Shown here: piece after piece, positions 10,857 through 18,420 of the stretch
How positions within the stretch are numbered: position 1 is the first letter of the stretch
How the letters are laid out: every line of letters starts with the position of its first letter
Source: a virus
DNA length: 64,000 nt
Direction: 5' to 3' (one strand)
Virus record (IMG/VR): IMGVR_UViG_3300020196_000003
The notes under the pieces: generated by a model
What the model was told of the DNA's origin: nothing
Database searches by the model: none
What the model saw: the letters and a program-made list of their open reading frames with translations, nothing else
Program-made: the position numbers and the translations under genes

Positions 10857-11600
10857 CTCCACCCCAAAAGTAATGTCAACCATTACTCTTTCTCCTGACG
10901 GGGCGATTACTTCTTTTGATAAATCCAATCTTGGTTCGTTACTATATAAAAATTTTCTGATGTATTTAGAATCTAATATTGGCATTGACTCCACAAACGA
11001 TGATATTTTAATTCTATCTGTATCACCATCTAAAGAAACAATATGTTTATTCAATTTTGTAGTAATAGTTGGTGCCACTCTAAAAGAGGGATAGCTGGCT
11101 AGTGTTTTACTAAGGTCTATTGTTTCACTTAGAGATAGTAGTTTTAATGTTACATTTTTTTTCGAAACAGGTAATGTAACTTCAAAAAGTCCATGTTCGT
11201 TTGGACTTGTTTCTACTTTTTTATAATTCAATTCGTCTAAATAAACAGAGGTCGAAAAATTTTCGTTGGTTTTTGGGTCAACAACGGTAACTTTATACTC
11301 TGGCCCAAATGCGGTGTTTCTTAGAAATAAAAGTATAGCTTCTACATCTCCGTCTAATAATTCTTCTGGTCTTAAATCGTGTTCGAAAAGTTTATTTCTT
11401 AATAGGGGTAGTATTATAGTTTCATTAACACTTCGTGTTCCATTAAAGTCCGACAGTATGTTTTCATCAACTGCCGTTAGGTATCCTACTTTTACCGATT
11501 TTTTTTTAGATTTATAATAAACTCCTTGAGTTGGTAGGTTAATAACGTCATGTGGTAGAGTTAAATTCCCATGACCTACAGTGTATTCATTTTGTTCCAT
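10830..11600 (-). CDS. Tail assembly chaperone / T4 gp26-like baseplate hub assembly protein
   Basis: LPTQGVYY..KVGYLTAVDENIL..GDVEAILLFLRNTAFGPEY and a C-terminal EFFRP; lies between tube and tape measure genes. Confidence 0.7.
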   Translation of the reverse strand: MEQNEYTVGHGNLTLPHDVINLPTQGVYYKSKKKSVKVGYLTAVDENILSDFNGTRSVNETIILPLLRNKLFEHDLRPEELLDGDVEAILLFLRNTAFGPEYKVTVVDPKTNENFSTSVYLDELNYKKVETSPNEHGLFEVTLPVSKKNVTLKLLSLSETIDLSKTLASYPSFRVAPTITTKLNKHIVSLDGDTDRIKISSFVESMPILDSKYIRKFLYSNEPRLDLSKEVIAPSGERVMVDITFGVEFFRPFFAL

Positions 11601-11617
11601 TTTTTTTAAAAAAAAGA

Positions 11618-11650
11618 TAAAAAAAAACCGTAACTAGTAAAGTATACGGT
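11618..11650 (-). terminator. Rho-independent terminator after the tail tube gene
   Basis: ACCGTA...TACGGT stem followed by a long U tract on the minus strand. Confidence 0.6.
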
Positions 11651-11674
11651 CTTTTATAATATGTATGTTTTTTA

Positions 11675-12163
11675 TTAGTAAACTAATATACATCTATCCA
11701 TTTGCATTGAACAAGTAATTCCCGCAATACCATCTTGCGAATATGAAAGACTTCCTCCGTCGTAACCTAAAAGAAATGCCCCTTCTAATATCCATTTTTC
11801 AACTACAACACCTGTTGGGTCTAACATTTCAAGATCTACATTTTTTTTGTAACCTGCAGCATATCCCATACGACCTGTAACAGACTCCGCACAGGTACGA
11901 ATCCATTCCATAATTGCTTGAGACGCAGATGGTCCAATAGGGTCTCGAAATTTAACTTGAAGTGCTTCCCATTTAAATCTACCCGCAACATATGTTTCAG
12001 TGTTTAGAAACTCTATAGCTTTTGACGTAATCGTAAGTTTTGGGCGTGAGGTACTTTCAACATACCACTCATTTATTCCAAGTGACGATGGAAATCTGAG
12101 GATCCATCGGTTTTCCCTTTTTGGTTCGTAGGGAATCGGCATTTTCATTAACAAATCAGCCAT
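11675..12163 (-). CDS. Tail tube protein (T4 gp19-like)
   Basis: YEPKRENRW..RPKLT..YVAGRFKWE..DPIGPS..YKKNVDLEMLDPTGVVVEKW; 162 aa; downstream of sheath. Confidence 0.9.
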   Translation of the reverse strand: MADLLMKMPIPYEPKRENRWILRFPSSLGINEWYVESTSRPKLTITSKAIEFLNTETYVAGRFKWEALQVKFRDPIGPSASQAIMEWIRTCAESVTGRMGYAAGYKKNVDLEMLDPTGVVVEKWILEGAFLLGYDGGSLSYSQDGIAGITCSMQMDRCILVY

Positions 12164-12274
12164 GTTTTAATTTTTTTTTAATTTTGTTTTATTTTTTATT
12201 ATAAATATGAAGTTTTGAAAAATTTTCTATTTACTTCGAATTTTTTTTAAATTAATTATTATTTAGTGGTTTAA

Positions 12275-13105
12275 TTATTTAAATTTAGTTTTTTTTCCAC
12301 CTCCTGTATGATAAATATCTAATCCTGATTCATCATCAAAATTTCTTTTCATCGCTCGAACGTTTTTTAAATCATCATCTGAAAATCCAATATATGGAGT
12401 AAAGTGATTACTTATTTTGTTCTTCAGATAAGCCTTTTCTTGTAGTCTTTGAGATAGTGTCCTAATATACTCCATAAACTGTTTCATCGCACTTACTTTA
12501 AGTTCTTCAGGATTCGCAGCAGAACCCTCACCGAAAGTGACAGGATGATACTTACACATTTCTAAATAAGATTGGATCAATTCTTCATCGGACAAATCTT
12601 CCTCATCATTTATTTCACGATATTTTCGAAGATTTTTTACTAACTTATCTTTATCTAATCCATGTTTATTTTTTTTTATAAGTTGATATATTGTAGTTTT
12701 AAATATACTTGGTGTGTGTCCTCTTGCGGTAATTATTGAAAAAATTGATCCGTTATTTACTGCCTCCACAAAATCGGGCCAAGCAGGACCTACAGGTGAA
12801 TTCATAGAATCAATCAAAAATTGATCATCATATGTTACACCAAACTCTATGTAATCATCTTTTGCCGTACCGATTATAGTATGTCCTTTATAATTAAAAG
12901 GTTTTTTTCCTACAATTTCTCTATATTTAGCAAAATCTTTTGTGGTCATACCAACAACATTTCCTTCATCATCCTTTAGACGGATAAAAGTTGGCATATA
13001 CATTAAATTATCATCCCAGTCAAACGCATAATATTTCATTGTTGGTGTCAGTTGGTCTTGTATTATTTCTGATATAATACCTCTTACTAATTTTTTATAG
13101 TCCAT
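12275..13105 (-). CDS. HAD-superfamily phosphatase-like protein
   Basis: Motif I FDWDDN, motif II ITARG, motif IV FSDDD. Confidence 0.65.
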   Translation of the reverse strand: MDYKKLVRGIISEIIQDQLTPTMKYYAFDWDDNLMYMPTFIRLKDDEGNVVGMTTKDFAKYREIVGKKPFNYKGHTIIGTAKDDYIEFGVTYDDQFLIDSMNSPVGPAWPDFVEAVNNGSIFSIITARGHTPSIFKTTIYQLIKKNKHGLDKDKLVKNLRKYREINDEEDLSDEELIQSYLEMCKYHPVTFGEGSAANPEELKVSAMKQFMEYIRTLSQRLQEKAYLKNKISNHFTPYIGFSDDDLKNVRAMKRNFDDESGLDIYHTGGGKKTKFK

Positions 13106-13123
13106 AATAATAAATATTCTATA

Positions 13124-13155
13124 AATAAAAAAAAGGGGAACTAATGTCCCCCTTT
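13124..13155 (-). terminator. Rho-independent terminator after the tail sheath gene
   Basis: Minus strand AAAGGGG-GACATTAGTT-CCCCTTT followed by a U tract. Confidence 0.75.
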
Positions 13156-13172
13156 CATTTTAATTAACCACA

Positions 13173-16100
13173 CTAAATGTTTTCGAAAGATGCTCCTGTT
13201 GGAGTAATATAGAATGTAATGTCAATGAATTCGAGAGACCTTGTTGGTTTGATGTAAATTTTTCCTGTTAATTGGTTTCTATCAATATCTTCAGGATCGC
13301 TTGAAACTGTAACTCTGAAGTCAAATAAACCTCGATCTCTTCTAATTGAGTCTAAAATTGGATTAACTGCGTTTAGGAAGTCTTGTCTAACTTGTGCGTC
13401 GTTCTGTTCGAACAATAATCGTACTGAAACCGCTGAAATTAACTTACGTGCTTGTAACAATAATCTTCTAACATTGATTCTATCAAGAGCGGATTCTCGT
13501 AATTGTAGTGTTTTGTTACCCCATATTACAGTTCCTACGTCAGAATAAGTTGCAATTGGATTAATTCTACCAACATATAAAATGTCTCTATCCTCTTGAG
13601 TCAATTTTTTACGAGCTTTGATACAATTAACTATACCTCTAGTATATCCTGCTGCCGCAAACCATGGAAAGGCAATATTATCTGTTAAGGCTAAGTTTCT
13701 TGTTACTTCAGCTGTTGGTGGGATATAAATTTGAGTGTTATTTACACTATCTCTTGTCAATACCCACGGATAATAAGTTGCCGTATAGTTTGAATCAATT
13801 CCTGTATTTTCTAAATTATCAACCGCTTCTGTTGGGTAAATGAAACCGTCGATACCAGTTACAGTTGGTAAATATAAATCATAATCGGGCGTTGTACATA
13901 CATACAAAGAATCCGCTCTGTTAAATTCTATCATTTGAACTGCATCCTCAACTAAGTTACTATTATTTAAATAATCAATACCGGGTGTCACAAAAAGATT
14001 TATATTTACTGCTTCAGGATTCGAAAAAGTTTGTTGTCCTAATAAGTATGCGTAGTAGTCGGTGTTTGCAAAATTCTGAGTTCCATCTCCCAAAGAAATT
14101 TCTTTAAAAGCTCCCCAACCCGTCGCGTTAGGGTATCTACTCGATGGACAAGCTCCTCGTAGATAACCGGCTCTACCAATTTGAAATCTATCTTCGTTTG
14201 TTCTGTATTCTCTATATATATCCCACCCATCAAATCCACCTTGTACTAAGAATGTGAATTTACGTGCGAATAATCTATAATATGTATTTGTTGGTAATTC
14301 AGGTTCAGTTATGAAAGCAGAGTTACCACAGACAAATCTTGGAGACCCACTTGTTGAAAATTCAGGACCAAGTGTTAAACCACTTGCATTTATGTCCATG
14401 TGGAAACCTGCAGATCTGTAATTGAACGGAAGACCATCAATATCACAAGAATTTAAAGGATTTCGCTTACCAACATGTTCGAAAAATGCAGGATCCCAAC
14501 CTAGATTATTAGAAATACCTAAGTAAGTTCTTCTCACGTTGTCTCCTGGACTTACCAACGAATCGTCATTACCTGAAGATAAACCAAATGGTGGATTGTA
14601 AATTACCTCACCAGGGAAGTCATATTTACCTTTGATAATTGGGAAAGGTGATTTTGCGCCTGCATAATTTCTAAAGTTAAACCCGTTAAATCCGCAAGGA
14701 AGTGCGTCAATTGGAGCGTCTTCATTCATTTCAACCATTACATATTTTGAATTCAAAATGTATTCCCCATCAAGAGTACCAATTTTATTTGCAATAAAGT
14801 TGTTCTGTCCAGGATCCATTGTACAATTTGTAAATTTTTCTAAAACTACAGGGTTTGCATCGGTATCAAAATAGTCACGAATTAACACATCAAATGTTAA
14901 ATTATTATAGGTTTGATTGATCAACGATATTTTAATCAAAGTGTTTGCCGCATCACCATCAGAAATTGTATAAAATCTAAATAAATCGTAAACTTTGTTA
15001 CCACGTAATTCAGAAACAACATATGGAGAAACTGGTGTTTGCCATCTATCTAAATACCAACCAATCGAATTAGGGTCTCCACTTTGAGCAGAGTCTAACT
15101 CTATAAAATTGGGGTTAAGGCCTCGTATATAACCCTTTCTCCAAGAATAATTTAACCACGATTGGAAAACTTCTTCATTGAACAAAGGAACTTCGATTCT
15201 TGGTTTTTGAAAATTAGAAATCCCAAATACTTTACTAATATATTCAGGATCGTTTTGTGATAAAGATGTTTCGAATGAAAAATTTGTTCCGAATTTGTCT
15301 GTACAATTGACTGCGAATGTTAAATAGGGATTTTTAAGAACCCCTATATATTTACCTGTCATATCCAAACTAGCGTCCGTAATTCCTGTTACTGAATAAA
15401 GTGGATTTGTATCTGTGGTGTAAGTTGAAATACCTCTTGACCTTAATGTCGCAACAACAACATTGTCGTAATCAACGTAAGACGTTCCTGTAAAGTAGTA
15501 TATTTTACCAACAATAGTTCCCGCATAACATTGTATATTCACAGGAGTTGGGGTTGGTGTTGGTGATACAAAAGGAGAGGGAGTTATACATGGATTTACC
15601 GCAGATGGTGTTGGTGTTGGTGATGCACTCGCCTGTGGTGTTGGTGTTGGGAAAGGAAAATATGCTGTTAAACCAGAAATTAAAGTAGAGAACGAAAAAC
15701 CAGTATAGTTGGTATTGCCCATGTTATTAAACAAAGAGTAATACCATGAATCGTTAAACGATGACTCCAAATTAGTATCATCCAATGACACTGAAGGAAC
15801 TTCGAAAACATTTGTTTCTGCCGTCCAACCAGCCCCATTTAAAATATTATAATCACCAGTATCAATTGATCCAAAATAAGCAATTTGTTCATCCTCAGCC
15901 AAATATGGGTTATTACTTGTAATTACATTGAAAATTAAATTATTGATTTGAGTTTCCAATGTTGAAGTATCCCCATTGAATTCTTCATACTGTTCTGTGA
16001 GAATCGATTGAATTTCGTAAGGAAAATTTGCTTGAAAGCCAATAGTCGAAGTTGAGTTAGTGCAAGCCGTAAAAGGTACTGAAAACACTAACTCTTTAGG

Positions 16101-16523
16101 TATAACACAAACATTTTCACAGGTATTGAAGTTAGTGATAGAACTCAAGCACCAAATACCTATTGTGGATGGATCAACATTAGCCGAAGTTGTGATCGAC
16201 CAAGATGGTCCAGCATCGTAACCTGATAACCCTAAAATTCGTGTTACAAATAATTGGTTTGATTGTTGTAGATATGCTTTTGCAATATATGATGCCTCAA
16301 ATTTTGGAATTTGTGTATTTACAAATTTTTCAGGTGAAGTCCCTCCGAATACTGTTTGGAATTCATTGAAATTTGTTATGAAAATAGGTTCGAATGCTGG
16401 ACCTATTAAAGTTTCACCTACTATACCTAATGTAGTTACTCCCACACTTTGAGATACGAAACTCAAATCAACTTCAGAAGTATATACTCCAGGTGAAACG
16501 AAAACTTTACTGTTTGTTGGCAT
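13173..16523 (-). CDS. Tail sheath protein (T4 gp18-like) with a large insertion containing a Pro/Thr/Cys segment
   Basis: N-terminal SPGVYTSEVDLS; C-terminal WFAAAGYTRG, INPI..WGNKTLQ..ALDRINVRRLL, IKPTRSLEFIDITF. Confidence 0.95.
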   Translation of the reverse strand: MPTNSKVFVSPGVYTSEVDLSFVSQSVGVTTLGIVGETLIGPAFEPIFITNFNEFQTVFGGTSPEKFVNTQIPKFEASYIAKAYLQQSNQLFVTRILGLSGYDAGPSWSITTSANVDPSTIGIWCLSSITNFNTCENVCVIPKELVFSVPFTACTNSTSTIGFQANFPYEIQSILTEQYEEFNGDTSTLETQINNLIFNVITSNNPYLAEDEQIAYFGSIDTGDYNILNGAGWTAETNVFEVPSVSLDDTNLESSFNDSWYYSLFNNMGNTNYTGFSFSTLISGLTAYFPFPTPTPQASASPTPTPSAVNPCITPSPFVSPTPTPTPVNIQCYAGTIVGKIYYFTGTSYVDYDNVVVATLRSRGISTYTTDTNPLYSVTGITDASLDMTGKYIGVLKNPYLTFAVNCTDKFGTNFSFETSLSQNDPEYISKVFGISNFQKPRIEVPLFNEEVFQSWLNYSWRKGYIRGLNPNFIELDSAQSGDPNSIGWYLDRWQTPVSPYVVSELRGNKVYDLFRFYTISDGDAANTLIKISLINQTYNNLTFDVLIRDYFDTDANPVVLEKFTNCTMDPGQNNFIANKIGTLDGEYILNSKYVMVEMNEDAPIDALPCGFNGFNFRNYAGAKSPFPIIKGKYDFPGEVIYNPPFGLSSGNDDSLVSPGDNVRRTYLGISNNLGWDPAFFEHVGKRNPLNSCDIDGLPFNYRSAGFHMDINASGLTLGPEFSTSGSPRFVCGNSAFITEPELPTNTYYRLFARKFTFLVQGGFDGWDIYREYRTNEDRFQIGRAGYLRGACPSSRYPNATGWGAFKEISLGDGTQNFANTDYYAYLLGQQTFSNPEAVNINLFVTPGIDYLNNSNLVEDAVQMIEFNRADSLYVCTTPDYDLYLPTVTGIDGFIYPTEAVDNLENTGIDSNYTATYYPWVLTRDSVNNTQIYIPPTAEVTRNLALTDNIAFPWFAAAGYTRGIVNCIKARKKLTQEDRDILYVGRINPIATYSDVGTVIWGNKTLQLRESALDRINVRRLLLQARKLISAVSVRLLFEQNDAQVRQDFLNAVNPILDSIRRDRGLFDFRVTVSSDPEDIDRNQLTGKIYIKPTRSLEFIDITFYITPTGASFENI

Positions 16524-16646
16524 TTTTGAAAAGTCTTTATTTATTTATTTTTACTATAAATATTGCAATTTTTTGTAAAAACTTTACATTGATCAAAATA
16601 TTTATACTTTGGTAGGATTTTATTCTGCCTTTATTCTACCTATGTT

Positions 16647-16808
16647 ATGAAAGATCCGAAGAAAATAAAAAATCTTAAAATAGATGCAGAAGTTCACAAT
16701 GTGTTAAAAAAATATTGTGATAAACGAGGTGTTAAAATGTATAAATTTTTGGAAAATTTAATTTTAGAAAAATGTAAAGAAAAAAAAGATATTTACGGAG
16801 AATTTTAA
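16647..16808 (+). CDS. 53 aa ribbon-helix-helix-like DNA-binding protein
   Basis: Below the ORF-track size cutoff; MKDPKKIKNLKIDAEVHNVLKKYCDKRGVKMYKFLENLILEKC shows the beta-strand/helix/G-turn/helix pattern of RHH proteins. Confidence 0.6.
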   Translation: MKDPKKIKNLKIDAEVHNVLKKYCDKRGVKMYKFLENLILEKCKEKKDIYGEF

Positions 16809-17848
16809 ATTAAAATTTGTACAAAAGATATTTCAGATTCCAATCCAAGATTTAATTTAGTAACATCAATTTTTAAAGTGTCATCCGTATTAATCTGAAT
16901 TAATGTAACGTCGTCACCATAGTACTGATCATTAATATATACTGAATAACTTATAATGTTAACTGTGTTTTGAAAATTCAAATTACATGTATATTCAAAA
17001 AAATATTCTCGTGATAAGTTTCCTATAGGATAGTTAAGTGTTATTATTTGTGGTTGAACAGGATCTTGTTTTTTTTGGGGTCTTTTTATTGGTCTTTGAT
17101 CTACTTCATACATTTGGATAGTTCTTGATATCGCAGGACTGACCTCAAATTTATTTTCATCGATTAAAAACCCCATCATTGTAAAATCATACTTTTGAAT
17201 ATAGTATTTTCTTTTTTCTAAATCCATTACAGACTCGTCCGTGAATGAATCATTAATAATTGGAATATAATGTCCGTTTATTGTTTGATACGCTTGTCTT
17301 GAAGCAAAAGTTTCCATTACTCTTTGATTTAATGTATTAACCTCTCTCATTCTATTACAAACTATTGCAACTGAGTATTTTAAATCGATAGGAAGTGGTT
17401 GTGGTATTTTATAAATGTCAGATCCTACAACATTTCCATTCCATGTTGGTACTTGCATATAATAATACATTCTTCTATTAGGAATACCATACATCACCGC
17501 AGGGTTGTTTCCGTATTTAACTTCAGGGTTTCTAATAACCGTAATAAAGGGTGGTTCTAAGTTCTTATCGATATTTTGTAAGTCCCATGTTTCAACAAAC
17601 TGAGACCAATTTTGAGTTGTTACTAATATATCAACAACAGGTATATTAATTCCTTCAGAAACAATTTTGAATTTTTCTTTTACAAAATCCAAAAATCCAC
17701 GATCCAAATCTGTATGAAGAAGCGATTTAGGAAGATAAGTTCCATCTTTGGTAATCATATCTTTGATTTGTTCCCTTCTTGGTAAAAGAGTTTTTGGGTA
17801 AGTCAAAGGTAATGTAGGTTTAACAGGTCCTTTCTTTGGTATTGCCAT
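16805..17848 (-). CDS. Tail terminator / sheath stabiliser-like protein (T4 gp15-like)
   Basis: Position between neck protein and sheath; PPFITVIR and PLPIDLKYSV motifs. Confidence 0.55.
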   Translation of the reverse strand: MAIPKKGPVKPTLPLTYPKTLLPRREQIKDMITKDGTYLPKSLLHTDLDRGFLDFVKEKFKIVSEGINIPVVDILVTTQNWSQFVETWDLQNIDKNLEPPFITVIRNPEVKYGNNPAVMYGIPNRRMYYYMQVPTWNGNVVGSDIYKIPQPLPIDLKYSVAIVCNRMREVNTLNQRVMETFASRQAYQTINGHYIPIINDSFTDESVMDLEKRKYYIQKYDFTMMGFLIDENKFEVSPAISRTIQMYEVDQRPIKRPQKKQDPVQPQIITLNYPIGNLSREYFFEYTCNLNFQNTVNIISYSVYINDQYYGDDVTLIQINTDDTLKIDVTKLNLGLESEISFVQILI

Positions 17849-18363
17849 TATAATCCTCTAAATTCATTTGGTCCAACAGGAGCCGCGATTATGGTCTTGA
17901 AAAAAGGTTTGAACCCTTTATACGTATGTTTTGTATCAGATACAACTCGACCATCATTAACAACCGTATAATAACGAACAAAATTTTCACTATCGTAATA
18001 ACCAACGTAGTCTCCAAAATCAATATCTATTTGTAAATCTTGTAAAGTTTTCAAATAAACCGATATTGTAATGTTTCCTGGCTCAACCTGATCCATTTTT
18101 GTTGATGTCCCAATAAATTTGTTTTCGGGGGCTGCGATAGTTACTTGAGCATTAAACTCAACGGGGGGTAAAAATTTTATTCCGTCACTAACAACTTCAC
18201 CATAAACATCATCGGTTTTAATTTTGTTTGTATCAATTTTATATAAAACACAAGTGTAATTCATGTCACCAATTAACCACTCTTGACCCATACCAATCTC
18301 AAGTTCAAAGTCTTTATCTCCAAAAAATTTACCAAGTCTTGTTATTGGAACATTACTCTTCAT
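17848..18363 (-). CDS. Neck / head-closure protein (T4 gp14-like)
   Basis: DDVYGE..F.PPVE..GDYVGY pattern and gene position. Confidence 0.55.
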   Translation of the reverse strand: MKSNVPITRLGKFFGDKDFELEIGMGQEWLIGDMNYTCVLYKIDTNKIKTDDVYGEVVSDGIKFLPPVEFNAQVTIAAPENKFIGTSTKMDQVEPGNITISVYLKTLQDLQIDIDFGDYVGYYDSENFVRYYTVVNDGRVVSDTKHTYKGFKPFFKTIIAAPVGPNEFRGL

Positions 18364-18378
18364 TATATTGTTTTATTG

Positions 18379-18390
18379 ATAAATATTTAT
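18379..18390. promoter_or_regulatory. Palindromic ATAAATATTTAT, a back-to-back copy of the recurring TATTTAT upstream motif
   Basis: Lies between the divergent neck and helicase genes; TATTTAT precedes about 15 gene starts in the window. Confidence 0.55.
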
Positions 18391-18420
18391 TTTATTGTTA
18401 TTTTTAGTAAAAGACTTGGA

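Noticed and set aside
1-18363. Extracellular contractile injection system or tailocin interpretation
   Set aside because: Neck/head-tail adaptor genes, PolB, helicase and dUTPase indicate a complete phage
18283-18420. N-terminal extensions in the ORF track (also 28733-28810, 32261-32389, 47995-48084)
   Set aside because: They overlap neighbouring genes; downstream starts match paralog alignment, upstream motifs or operon packing
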